Shown here: positions 50,724 through 64,000 of the stretch, piece by piece
Numbering within the stretch: position 1 is the first letter of the stretch
Layout of the letters: each line of letters begins with the position of its first letter
Source: Geosiphon pyriformis uo1
Lineage: Eukaryota > Fungi > Glomeromycota
Assembly: GCA_016748015.1 (NCBI GenBank)
Contig: JAAOMT010000570.1
Coordinates: 624,043-688,042 of the forward strand
Length of the DNA: 64,000 nucleotides
Direction: 5' to 3'
Program-made: the position numbers and the translations under genes
The notes under the pieces: generated by a model
What the model saw: only the letters and a program-made list of their open reading frames with translations
The model's database searches: none
What the model was told of the DNA's origin: nothing

Positions 50724-53700
50724 AGTGAGGTCCACACACAACCTAGCACTATACATCAAAGAAATGATCTAAACTAGACATGAATCATGCACTTTCTACA
50801 TATGACCAGCCACTCGGGCCAATCAAAACAACACTATGCAACTATATAGACAGAAACCAAATTACCAATGCTGGAAAAAAACATGTAAGACTTGCAAAAA
50901 CCAAAATGCACACCAAAAGCTTCATCGATACCAAGCAAATCAACCACATCAGCAAAAAGACGCAAAGTCAAACCAGAGACTGAAGTAGGAGACAAGCCAT
51001 CTAAAGGAATCAGTCTGTGCTTCTCCATATAGGCACGATGTTTGGCACAAACTAACCATATCTCATCTCTAAAAGTGAGGCCAAGAAAATGTGCGAAATC
51101 AACGATCTTCAAACATGCCACCTTGGGATTATGGAAGATGGAGACAGCTTCACAAAACCAATTATCAAAAACAAAACCCTTATGAAGAACTATAGATACT
51201 GAGGAACCTAAAATACAAGATAACAACATCTGCAACAAACATAAAAAAAAGACAAAAAAACCAGAAAGTGTTTTCCAAGTGGTCATGTGAGAATCCAACA
51301 ACTGATGCTGAGCAGAATCATCAATCTCACAAGAAAAAACATGATCCGACATCTCCACATTATCACAATATAGACACAACACACTGGGATAAAGCCTATT
51401 ATAAAGCCGCTTTCGAACAGCCACAGACAACCGATGATACAAAGCCTTTATAAAATAAGAGCGCACATTAGCTGAAATCCTGCTAGTGAAACCAGTGGCC
51501 ATATGCAAATCAGAATGCCACACCAAAGATGAGCAAGACCAATCAACATCAGCCCACAAGTTGTTAGACAAAAATTTAGAACCAGATTCCACTTCCCAAC
51601 GTGCACGACACATGGCATGAAAAGTGTCATGGACAAAGTGCCTTGAATTGCCAGAGACAACGTTGCCATCAGCCACCAAAAGTGTTCATCCAGACAAGGA
51701 GGAAGAAACCAGTCAAAAACAAAATCAGCACCAACAATTACATCAGCATACTCATTTTCCAAAACTCCAGAATAACCTTTGACTTTATGCCAAGTAACAT
51801 TTAAGACCTTACTGGAAATGACGTTGGCAATGTGCTGACGCTCAATCCAATATCGATTCTGGAAATCAGGAGCCACCATACCCAATTCCAATTTGCAAGT
51901 ATTCAAAGCAGACTGACTATCCGAAAACAAATGGACATTACTAAAAGCAGGAACACACTTAAAAGCCAACACAATTGCCTATAACTCAGCCATAGTAGAT
52001 GACATCAAGCCAAACACATCAACACCCAAACTTATACCAATGTCCTCAAAAAAAGCTGTAGCACCCGCTTTACAGCCAACTGTACCCAAATTTCTCAATG
52101 ACCCATTAGTATAGACAGACAACACCCTTGCATCAACCCACAAAAGACAATCACAGATAGACACAAAGTCAGAAGAACCCAGAATGTCCAAAGGACCAAT
52201 ATTAGTAAGAACTGGGATGCGAGCAGGAGAGAAATCCTCACTAGCAAGAAACACAGCAGAAAGCCTGAACCACTCAAAAACAGAACCATGGGAGTCCAGT
52301 TTTTTCCATCACTTAAATGTGGACCAATTAAAGACTGTACCATGATGATCATGAAGTTGGTCTACAAAGGCCACATCATACCACTAAAGCGAAGGAAAAC
52401 ACCTGGAGAAAACTGATTCATTCAAAACAGTTGACATGGGCATCCCACTATTGACATGAAAGAAATTGGCAAAAGATCCACCCAAAGACAATTTGCAATT
52501 ATAAAGCACACAAACCACACCTGCCAGAAAATTATTAGAGACACTAACACAAATGCAAACAGGAGAACTCAACAGATGAATAGGGCACTAACATAAAACC
52601 TGCAGATCATGAGACCTATGAGAGAACAAACGTCTTACAATCCTACCAGAGTTGACAAAATTAATAAGAGAAGCAACCTTGCCTTCAGACTGAATCTGCA
52701 GGAAAGATTTCAAACCATAAAAGGAGGGGTGGTGAATCGAATCACTAGGAAAGTTGAGTAGGAGTTCAGATTTGAGCTTTAGGCCCTTACAAATCATAGC
52801 ATCCCACTTGTTGCAAATGCTAATAAGAACAAAGCTAAACTATGTTTTGTAACTAACAATAGGTTGGAGAACCACTGAAACCAAATATAAGAACTGCTTA
52901 TCTGAGATAGCTTTTTTTAGAACCAAATTTGTAAAGAAACAAATGTCCGAATGCCCCCTAGCTAAACTAGGTTTGGAAAGACCCTCAGTTGACAGAAATA
53001 TGTCCAGATACCAATGGGATTCACCTTTTTTGGCAACAAAAATAGGTGAACCACTAATAAAAAGAGCAGGATTTCTAACCCTACAATTGATGAGAATAGT
53101 TACAGTCTTGTCATTGTTTATTGAAATGTCATTAATCCAGAAAAACTTGCTAGCAACATCCAAAATGTGTTGAGTAGCACTTTAATTACTGCCAACCCAA
53201 ATTGTATTATCAACAAAGGCACCAGTGACAAAACAGAAAGAAAGCCCAGTCTGCAACTTGACACGACCACTCTTGGAAACAAAATGAGAAATTAGCCTGT
53301 ACCTACACATACTCTCTTGATGCTTGACTTCACACAAAAGGGGATCATAAAAAATGCACCACAGAAGGGGAGAAAAGACTTCTCCTTGATCTAAACCATC
53401 ATGGACCTGATAACCATCTGTCAAACCAAAATCCATCATGACTCAATTAGTGTGACCTTTGTGAATGCTGCCAAAAAATTGAATGAACCTGTTGCACATT
53501 TTAATTCTGACCAGACACTTCTCCAAATGCTTCCAGCCAACTGAATCATATGCTTTTCTCATATCCTGCAAGACCAGCCAAAGTTCTCAACAACCAAACC
53601 AACCACAAAAATGGGGGACTGTATCATTGTACCTTTCAAAACCAAAAAATTGTCACCACAAAGGACATTATGAGTGCTGCATGCAAAAGAAATCCTGTCT

Positions 53701-56700
53701 GAGAGTATTTTGGAGAGAATTTTGCGAGCCGTCTCAATCAGTGCAATAAGACAAGTATTTGTAAGAACACCTTCCCATTCATATGGTTTGGGAATCATTG
53801 AAACCCAAGCTTCCCTCCAGGGGCCAGGAACAGATTTCTCAGACAAACAAGAGTTTAAAAGTACCAAGAACATATTAAAAACTGAAATATTGCAATGTTT
53901 CCAAAGCTCATTTGAGATACCTAAAAGGCCAGCAGCTTTGCCATCCGGCAGATTAGAAACAACCCCAAACAGTTCATTAAAGTCTATTAAACCCATCACA
54001 CCAGAAAAAGCTTCGTCAAAAACATAACCTAGAGGACAATACTGGTGAGACCACACATCATTAACATCGAGCACCACTCTACACCTTCTAGTTCAATCTT
54101 CCATAATCTCATCTACCTTGGACTTCACTGGAGCAGAATCCAACACCAGTTCATCTCCTACCACCAAATGGTCTAAAACCATCTTGCGGAAGGGTCGCTC
54201 TAAAACACTATGTACAGTATGACCTTTGTTCAACTCAAAACTCTCCATTCTTTTGTTAATCACCAACTTGATCAGAGATTCTCTGACATGATTTAATTCT
54301 GACAACTTAGATGAACAGTAGGACTTCCTGATCTTGGCCAAAGCTGAATGAATGGTATCAAAATGGGAACTCAAAAGAAAGAGAGAATTCACAACAGAAG
54401 CATTAGCAGGATCAATTCTCTTCCATGTATTAAATAGAGAAACAAATTCCTCATAAGAGACCAGATGAGAGGCTTTGACAATCTTTGACACCAAAAGTTC
54501 TAATTTGTGAAATCTGGATAATACTTTATTATAGACACTGTTAAAACTTTTAAACCACTTTTTTTTGAAAATGTTCTCAGCCGACAAATACACCACTTGG
54601 TGAAGATAACTCCACATTGTGTCCAGGTCCAAACTCATCTTGGCAGCATAAAATTCATCATGGAACATGGCAGCATTCGCCAACGTATTCTCTTTAAACT
54701 TGATCCATTCAGCATCAGCAGCATCCACAAAATTGTACTTTCAACAATCCTTATTCACTTGTTTGCACAATGAGTTCAACTGCGCATCCAGCAAACCACC
54801 AAGACCCACAGAAACAGAAACAGCCTTATGATCAGTATCAAAATACTCTTCAACACCAGACACATCACGATCCAGAATTGTATTAACTAGACTCGACGAC
54901 ACAAACACATAATCAATAATTTTAGCCACTCCATGAGAATTGGTCTATGTAGCTTCCTTTCCAAACAAGCTTCCACTCAAAGAGTTGACCAAACCCAAAT
55001 CAAAACATTTTCTGAAGCTGGCACTTTTGCGAGAACTATCTTCATTGAAATCACCACCCAAGATGATGAAGGAAGACTTATTTACTGCTTTTGCAATCAA
55101 AGAATTGATATCATCTGCCTGAGAGAAACGTACTGCCAAAGATAATCCAGCATACAGCCCCAAAATTGACACAGACAGTTTATTTTTGAAGAGAAGCTTG
55201 ACAGAAAGAAACTGGCCAAGAATGTCTGAAATCTTACACACATGCTGAGCCAAGAAATTGTTCATAATGATTGTGATCCCAGAACTCATGTGACCAGAAT
55301 TCAAACCAGAAGTAAAAACCCAAATGCCAACAAACTTGTTCATAATCAAAGGGCAAATCCCATTTTTCAACTTAGTCTCAGTAACAATTGAAATCATATT
55401 GTTTATTTCTTTATGCCAATAAATAATATCCTTCTGTTTTGCAGGATTATTTATTCTCCTAACATTGCACGTGGCAATTTTCCAAATATAACTGGTCATT
55501 GAGACGAGAAGAGGACCAGAGGACACAAACCAGTACACATCTGCTCTAACTTCGCCAAAATCGAGCCAATAGAGGCATCAAGGGCAACCAATTTCGACTC
55601 TAAAATGCCAACTTTAGAAGTTAGCATCTTGGAACTGCTTAGACCCAATTGAGAATTGTCATTGCCAAAAGAAAAGGAAATAGGCTGAATCATAGGAATA
55701 TCTAACACCATGTTGGAACCCAAATTAGAGTCAGCAACCATAAGAGAATCAAAGATGGATGGGTAAGAAGTACCCACAGAAGGAATCACACTAGAAGGAA
55801 GAGCTGAAGACACCAAACTGAGATTGTCAAGATGAAGAAGAATGTTCAAAATTCGATCAGATAAGAGCTTCACAGAGTGTTCCAGATGTGCCAAACATAT
55901 ACCGAAGGGGAAATCGACCATAGAAAGAGGAGGAGGAGTACCACCAGAACTCGAAGCACCAAAGAGCAGAGAACCAGAACCAGAGCCATCATGAGAACCA
56001 TGAGAGGCTGAAGCAACTGAGACCACTTAGACCCAGGATTTGCCTCCAAAAGCAACAGGACAAGAGATTGGAACCTTCTTTTTAGCATATAATTTGGCCA
56101 ACTAGAGACGAATATCCAAGTTAGCAGGCTTTTTAAATGACTTGGGTAACTGGGAAGCTGATGCAACCCCAGCATCACATTCCAAGGCAGAATGACCAAA
56201 CTTCCCACACCATTCACAGCAAACTAAATCCAATCTAGCTCATGAGAGTTTCACATTACCAAAAATTGGCTCCGTGTGAAAAGCTGATTTTATAGTGTCA
56301 TCAGATTCAAAACAGACCACAGCACAGCAAGTTCTATTGCCAGTCTCCAATAAATGATTGATAACACAAGTTTTCCCACCAGCTCCTTCCAAAAAAGTCA
56401 CAAGATCATGAGCTGTCATTCCCACTGGCAATGTGAAAAGAAGCGCCCTGAATTGATCCCTAAAAGCCCATGTCTCATGATCTCCCACAGCCTTGGCCAC
56501 ATGCACAGAATTTTTTCCAATAAGGAATGACCATTTTGATGCTAACAGATCAGTCTGGCTAGATTCAGCGAACTTCACCACAGCCTTCTGCCACAGCCCA
56601 ATTAACTGAACTTTGATAGACACAATCTGACCATACTCAGATACTACGGCAATGATCATTTCTTTTGGTATGTCCATGAGAATTTCTTTTATCACCACAG

Positions 56701-57520
56701 CCCAATCTGAATGCATTCCTTGTCTCTTGAGATCAGTGTTTATGATGATCCCATTTTCTCCAACCAATAATGCAGCTTTTTTCATGCTTTCTTCTGATGT
56801 GAAAGTGGATCTAATGATCCCTTCAAATTTTGAGGGGGTAGTGGCCCCCCCAAAACCAATGATTTTTGAGAAAATTTTTCTTATGAGTTGAGTCTTCGCC
56901 ATTACCAATTTGTCTTTCACATTTGAGATATTGATATCCAAAGCAAATGATTTCTTAACCACTACTTCCACTTGAGTCTTAATAATTTTAGGGTCTAACC
57001 AAACCCTGTTCAGAGAGATACCAAGAGGAAGAGAGAGGGGACCACCATCATTATCATCTATGTTATAATCCAAGGAACCAAGAGGGGAACCGCAGTCCAA
57101 ATTATTTTTAACTCTCTTTGCCTTAAGAATCATTGCAGCTGAGCTGAAAAGAGAACCATCACTACCACCAGCCAATATGTCACTAGCAACACTGTCACCA
57201 GAATCACTCTCCATATCTAAGTATTGATTTTCTTTAGAACAAGGTTTGGCCAAAACAGCTTCTTGATTACCACCAGACTGAATCATATGGTGAAAGAAAA
57301 CCCTTTTTTTTTGAGAGGAGAAGCCACCAGTAGAACCAGAAAAAGCACCAACAGAAACTTTCCTATTCAACATACCACTGCTGGAAACAGCTTCCAGGTC
57401 CACAATAAATGGATTATTTGTAAGAGAAATAGTAAAATATAGCAAGTAAAAAAAACAAAAAACAAAAAAACTTCTTTCAAAAACATGTTCTTTGGAGAAT
57501 TTGGAATGTAGGAGAAAAAG
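50663..57520 (-). mobile_element. Full-length inactivated L1-like LINE (element E), ORF1 ~57403-55496, ORF2 55499-50834, inserted in the gypsy pol; (TAA)n-poly(A) tail
   Basis: WKIATCNVR, ETKL, LGGDFNE, IDYVF, TDH; LDQGEVFSPLLW; FVDN at 53206-53217; VYTNGS, FSDSQ, KVKGYSG; CLYCDNVEMSDHVFSC. Confidence 0.96.
50670..50720 (-). repeat. (TTA)n / (TAA)n microsatellite forming the 3' tail of LINE E
   Basis: About 17 perfect trinucleotide units between the conserved tail and a poly(A) run. Confidence 0.95.
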
Positions 57521-57539
57521 AATTTTTTTTTTTTTTTTT

Positions 57540-60500
57540 TGTATTTTTTATAATTTATTATAATATAATATGGTTTTAGCATTTTTGTTAATATAAATAT
57601 TTATTATAAATAAGATAGTTTTAAATTTGTTTTTGTATAATATTTTGTTTTTGTTAAAATACTTTTTCTTTAAACTAAAATATTAATAAATATTAGTATA
57701 ATTATTAATAAATAGATGTGTTTATTTGGTAGATTTAAACTTGAATTATTCTTGATCAGCTGTTAGCATTAGTGTTTTTAGCTTTTTTTTTATAATGCAC
57801 TTTGTATAAAAATTGTTGTAGATAGATATTCTATTTTATATATTTTTTTTTTAATTGTGTTTGTTAAACAATTAGATTAATTTTTTATAATTTATATATA
57901 GATTAAATAGCTAGTAAAAATAATATCTTTAGTTTTGTATAATCCAATAAATAATAAAACATTCTAAGTTTGTAATATTGTATATTTTTTTGGCTGTACT
58001 AGTGTTTTGGTTAATATAAGCAATAAAATATTTTCAATTATTAAATTTAATTTGTAATAGAACTGTTTTTAAAGTATTTTTTAATGTATTTATGGCTATA
58101 ATAAATTATTTTGTAAAGTTTGAATACATTAAAATTGAACTTTAATCAGTTAACACTTAAGATAATTAAAAGTTTTTTGTTAGTTTGTTTTCTATAAATA
58201 AAAAACATGTTTTAAAAGTAGATAATAAAAAAGTTTAATAATGTTCAAAAATTTTTGATAAATTAGTAATAGTATTTAGCAAATTCTAAAAATTTTTATA
58301 GTTTTTGTAAATTGGTTGGTGCTAAAAAATTTTTAATCTTTTGAACTTTGTTTGAATTCAATTTTATACTGTTTTTTTAATAATATGTCTTAAAATATAA
58401 GCTTAGTTTTTTCAAAGAAGTATTTGTTAAAATTAAATTTGAGTTCTATATTTTAAAAACAATTAAAAATTTGTTAAAAATAAAGTAAATAGTTATTAAA
58501 TATCTTTGAAAATACATTAGTGTTGTCTAAGTAAACAATAATTAATTTTTACAGAATTTTTTATATACAATATTTATTAAGTATTGAAAAATAGTTAAAA
58601 TATTGCAAATTTCAAAAAACATTCGAAATTTTTATCTTGAATTGTAAATATGGTTTTTTTTTTTTATTTAAATTTATTTTTACTTGCCAATATCTGCTAA
58701 TTAAGTCTAATAAGAAAAACTATTTTTTATTTTTTAAATTGTCTAAAATTTTTTAAATAAAAGAAGTTAAGTAATTATTTTTTTGAATTATATTATTAAG
58801 TTTTTAATAATTAATACAAAAACATTTTTTTTGATAATTAGAATAATTAATAAGAACTATAAGCTTAAAAACTTCTTAATTAAACTATTATTTAGTATTT
58901 ATTGTATTTTTTGTTTGATTAGATTGTTTTTATTTAAAGTAACTTGATAGATTTATTGTTTAATAAGTCTAATATTTCTTATATTAATCTTATGTTTTAC
59001 AATATTAATATATCTAAATTTGTTTTTGTTAACAAAAATATTAGTATATTGGTTTAGTAAAACTTTAAATTATATTTGCTAAAAAATACTTAAATTTTTA
59101 ATATTAAATTTATCAATTTTTTCTGGTATAAATAAATAATTTTTCTTTAATATGTTTTAAACTTAAAAAGTAATATTAAAAAATAAAAATAATTATGTAA
59201 AATCAGAAATAGATTAGAGTTTTTTGGAATCTTAAATATCTAAAGTAATAAAACTAATAAGAGTTTTTTTAGAAATTTTAATAATATTGTTTATTAGATT
59301 GTATATAAAGATCTTAAAATATTTGTAGATTTTGGCAAAAATATAAAAATTTATAATATTAGTCAAGTAACAGATTTCTGAAGCAGCTTTAAACAATAGT
59401 ATTTAGTCTTGATTTTTTTATTTAATTTTTATAATATATTATTAATATAATAAGATTAAGATAATAGTATTAATATAGATAAATTTTATCTTATTACTAA
59501 AATTATTTATATAATTAATTTATATATTTTCTTTTTTACTAGATCTAAATTTTTGAAATTTTTTAATAATAAGATTTAATTCTTTTTAAGTGTTTATTAA
59601 AATAAGTTAAAAGATTTTGATAAAAGACAAAAAGATAATTTGAACAATTTTTTTTGTAATTTAACTATATAAGATTTATCAAAGTTGTTTTAAAGCATTA
59701 CAATAATATTCTCAATATATTTAACATTAATTATTCTTTTTTTGATATCAATTTTTTTGTTTATAAGACTTAAATAAAATACAATTTGAATTATAGTATT
59801 AATAAAATTTTTTAAAGTTTATTTAAGATCTATTTTTATAAAAAAATAGAGTATTATAATTACAAAAAATTATTTAGAATATTTTAAATCAAATTTAATA
59901 TTATTTGTATGTATTCTTTTAGAGCATATTTTTTTATTGTTATTGTTATTGTTATTGTTATATTATTTTAGTTCCAATTTCTTAAAAAGATTTAAATAGA
60001 CAAGATATTATTTTATTTTAATAATCATATTTGGCTTTTAAAATATAATGTTATTTGTATTTAATAAGTATTTTTTTTAGGTTTTTTGAGTTCAAAAATT
60101 GGATAGAGTATTTAAAATAGTAAATTAAATAAGAAATTAGATTTATTATTGTATTAAAAATAGCAAAAAATTAAATAATAATTATATAATTTTATGTTAA
60201 AGTTAGCCAGTTTTTGTTTCTGCTCTTTTTTTATAAGAACAAGCTTTTAATAATATTCTTAAAATGCTTTAAAGTTATTAATAAAAAGATTATTTATTTT
60301 TTTAACTATTATAGAGACATTTTTAATAACATATATTTCTTTTAACAGTTGTATTTTCTTATTTTATAAAAGCTATTTTTCAAATTTTATATTTATAATA
60401 AAGATATAAGTTTAATTAGTTAATTGTTTAACTATAAACAGCAACAAATAAGGTTTTTTTGCATAACTAATTATTAATTAAAATAATATATTAACAAAAT

Positions 60501-63500
60501 TTATTGCATGTTCTTTTTTTATTAAACAAGATTTTTTCACAAATAAAATATAATATATTATTCTATTTGTTTTGTTATTTTGAGTGTTTAAATTGTTTTA
60601 ATATACAAAAATGACAATAATATTTGGTAACAATAGATTATACTTTATTATATATTTATTAATAATAGTTTTTTTTCAAATTTACATAGATTAATTTTGG
60701 TTAATGGTAAGATTAATTGTATAATTTGGTAAAATATATACAGAAATCAAAACTTGTGATTTTTTTTTAGCTTTTTTTTTTTCAAGTGAGTGATAGAAGT
60801 AATTTTGTTTTGAAATTATTGATTTAAAAAATTTGGTATATTTTTAGAGTAAATTATACTACAAATTTTTTAAATTTAATAAGAAATTGTTTTAAAATTG
60901 CTGTTTTAAAATATTTATAGATGGTGAAAACTCGAATATACTGACTGTTAAATATAATTTAAAGCTCTTGAATATTTTAGTTCAAAGTAGTATAAACTTT
61001 AATCAATCAATTATTTTCAATTAACACTTAATATTAAATTGTTTCTATAATCAAAACTTTAGTAAAAATCTTAATCTTATCAATTTTAAAAAGAAAATTA
61101 TTAATTTTTTCAATTGGTATTTTGGTATTTTTATCTGCAATAATTATTTTGATTATAGTAGCCTAATTAATTTATAAGCTATTTTATGATTATGTTATTA
61201 GCTAATCTACTATTAAGTATTAATTTAATATTTATTTATTTTACTATAATATTAGTATATATTATTATAATTAGTTTAGCTTAGTTGATAACAACTTTAT
61301 TAAAAAATTTGGAATGTTTAAACTGTTAATATTAAATAAAAATATGGTTACAAGAGTTTTGTTTTTAGTAATTATAACTAGAAAAATCAAAGTAGTAATG
61401 ATTTAATTAGTAAAAAAAAAAGATTAATAGACTTAACTATAGCTTTTTTTTCTAAGATATAATATTACCAAAATTTTGGATTTAATAAAATTAAGATATA
61501 AAATTTAATTTAGATAATTGGTTAAAATTACTTATAATAATAAGTTGTTATAATTTATAATTTGAGTTGATATTATTAAAAATTGAGATTGATTTCTAAA
61601 ATTACTTTTTTATTCTTGGCTATAATTAATAGTTCTGAATCTTAAATTATTGTTTTAAGAAACTTAATACTAAAATTGAAGTTGTATTATCATTTAAAAA
61701 TATTAATAATAATTTAGTAGTGGCTAAAATAAACATTAAAATTGTTAATATTGTAAAATAAAATAGTAATATCTTATTAGTTGTAAATATCTTAGTTGTT
61801 GTTGATATTGGTTTTTATGATTTTAATCTGCCATTTTTTTGTAGCAATTTTTTATAATATAACTAGATTTTGACAATAATAACAATTTCGGAAAACTTAT
61901 TTTTAATGTTTTTGTTGCTATTAATATTATTATTATTATTAGTACTTAAAACTATTATTATTTTTTTGATATTGAAATGGCTAATAGATTCTTAAATTTT
62001 TTACTTTTTTGAATTAATTTTTTACTTAATTAAATAAGCTTTATATTAATATCTGAGGTTTTTTTTATGGCTAAGTTAATAACTTGGATATAATTGGTTT
62101 TTTGTTTAGTTAATTTAAAATTATGGACAAATATTATTGTATTTTGCAAATTTTTAGAATAATAAAATCTAATAAATTAAAAAATATTGCTTCTTAGTTC
62201 TTAATAAATTGGTTTAGAATTTAATTAGATGTATAATAATCTTATTTAATAATTTAAATTTAATAAAAACTTTGATTGAATTGTTTAAAATAAATAATTA
62301 CAGCTTTATAATTTTTTGGTTTTATAATATTAAACTAATTTTGTAGTTTAATTAAAATATTTAGATCATGAAAATATTGTAGAAAAGCGAGTTTAAAGGC
62401 AGTAAAGTCAGTTGGTTTTTTATTAAAACTTTAGTATTATGAATTAGTAGTTTTAGTTAAGAAGAAAAATAAGACTTAAATTGTTTTGATATTATCTTAA
62501 TTGTTTATCATAATTGTTTTTTTAGCTTTAACAATTCAAGTATATGTATTTTTTTTTTTTTTAAAAAATTTTTTTAATTTAATAATGTTTTTGTATACTA
62601 TAACAAAAATAATAAAAATTGTTTATTAATTAACAAAAATAAAATTGGCAGTAGTATATTTGGTTGTTTAATTGAACTTATTGCTAACTGTTTTTTTATT
62701 AGTTATTATAAAAGATTAAAACAATAATATTCTTTTTAAAGAGATAATTATTAATTTAGTTAGTGGTTATAATATTTGTTATTTCTAAGTAGAAGTATTT
62801 TATAAAGTAATATTTGTTATTAGAGTAAGATTTTTAAATAATATTTTGTATTTTTCCAATAATTTAGTCCAAAGATTTTTGTTAAAGTTTTAGAAATAAA
62901 AATTTTTGAAGTTTTAAGCTATAATTTAGTAGGCTAATTAAGTAATATTCTATTTTTTAAAGTTTGATAATATAATAATATTGTTGGTAATAGAAATTTT
63001 GACTTTTTGCTAATAGTAGGTTGCAATTTTTTTTGTTTATTGTTATTGAATATTGTTTTTAGTATTTGATTCGAATTCTCTAAAGAAGTATTAATATTAT
63101 AGTTTTTTTTAAGTTATAGATAACAGTTTTGTATATATATCTTAATTTTCTTGTTAATAAGGAGAAAAGTTTTTATAATTGCTTTTTTAATAATAGGTTT
63201 TAATAAATTTGCTTTTTAAATTTTTTAATATTAACTGTTCTGCTTAAATAATAGTTAACTTTAGCATATATATAATAGAAAAATTTATTTTTAATTGTAA
63301 ATATTTCTTCTAAGATTTTTAAATCTTTTTAAAAGTGTAAATATAATGTTTTTCTAAAAGACAAGTGATTTTTTTTAATTATTTTAATAGTTACTATTTT
63401 GTAAATTTCTGAATGTTTTGTCTCTGTAGATTTTATAATTTTATAAAAAATATTAAATATTATAGATAAACTTGACAGAATATATTTATAATATTTTCAC

Positions 63501-64000
63501 TTATAATTTAATATTAAGAGCAAATTAATTTTAAATAAATTAGTTGTAATAGTAAAATTGGTTATCAATCTTTAAAAGTTTTTTTTTTGAAGTTTTACTT
63601 GTTAAATTTTTTGATTATAAGGCATAAAAATTTGTTTTTATTGTAGTATTAATGTTATAATTGTGTTATTCTATGCTAATTGATTACAATTGCTAAAGTT
63701 CAGTATTGTTTTTTTATTTTTTTGGTAAACTAATAAAATTAAGTTTAATATTCAAACTTAAAAAAAGCTTTTCTCTTTTATTAAATTATCATAAAATCTA
63801 TTTTTAAACAGTTAATTTTTAATGTTACTGCTTTATAAAATAAAATAAAATAAAAATTAATATTTTGTTAATTACTATAATTAAAAGCAATTAGTTCAAA
63901 TTATTAAGATTCTAAAAGTATTTATGCTAATAGTATTTGGTCTGGAATAAAAATAAATAAAACAATTAATTCGATTTTAATAATCAAAAGTTTGGAATTA
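57540..64000 (-). mobile_element. Main body of the heavily decayed Ty3/gypsy LTR retrotransposon: 5' LTR (63545-64000+), gag, protease (~61000-61280), dUTPase (~59540-59935), RT (~58200-58800), RNase H (~57740-58140)
   Basis: PR: IKLILNSRLANNII...IIIADKNTKIPIEKINNFLF (from LILDSGSAGSII). RT: IVYLDNTNVFSK at 58522-58533 (YLDD) and KVQKIKNFLAPTNLQKL*KFLEFAKYY. RH: IAYINQNTS...ITNLECF, KNTNANS*SR. Domain order PR-RT-RH-INT indicates gypsy. Confidence 0.85.
59540..59935 (-). pseudogene. Eroded trimeric dUTPase domain within the gypsy pol
   Basis: NNIKFDLKY (DAGFDL), YLSLINKK (RSSLAKK), KRIINVKYIENI (GGIIDAGYTGNI), KIVQIIF (KIAQAIF), KKFQKFRSS (RG..GFGSS): five motifs in the correct order and spacing, with differences mostly explained by G>A/C>T. 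Confidence 0.75.

Noticed and set aside
5909-57582. Dozens of short ORFs as separate genes, including antisense ORFs
   Set aside because: They are stop-delimited fragments of LINE ORF1/ORF2 or shadows of real frames.
63520-63545. tRNA primer-binding site or Tf1-like self-priming site next to the 5' LTR
   Set aside because: No TGG start is visible (ACTAAT / ACCAAT in two copies) and complementarity to the LTR is only ~8 nt; too eroded to call.
57540-64000. Organelle DNA insertion or AT-rich endosymbiont DNA
   Set aside because: Eroded gypsy domains in the correct order account for the region.

Overview
Eukaryotic, very AT-rich, TE-dominated fungal DNA. Glomeromycotina is the likely source; the element proteins resemble what I recall from Geosiphon pyriformis, which is inference only. 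A central CpG-retaining gene island (~20.6-37.4 kb) holds two intron-containing minus-strand genes: a giant TOM1/HUWE1 HECT E3 ligase (20973-34356) and a divergent Rad17-like clamp-loader ATPase (34942-~36973). Both flanks are nested, inactivated retroelements. There are four full-length L1-like LINEs (A, B, C, E; ORF1 RRM+CCHC, ORF2 APE-RT-RNaseH-Zn finger), two LINE fragments, LTRs of two related families, and a heavily decayed Ty3/gypsy element (PR-dUTPase-RT-RH-INT) split by a LINE. There is also a 2.3-kb ORF1-only element (D) that carries the LINE 3' tail. Most notable observations: (1) this HAL1-like ORF1-only retroposon and the conserved, pseudoknot-capable 3' tail it shares with the autonomous LINEs; (2) an invariant CAATGA stop/start overlap coupling ORF1 to ORF2; (3) massive all-context C>T/G>A (RIP-like) erosion confined to repeats; (4) a dUTPase-bearing gypsy element. 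All alignments and translations were done by eye.
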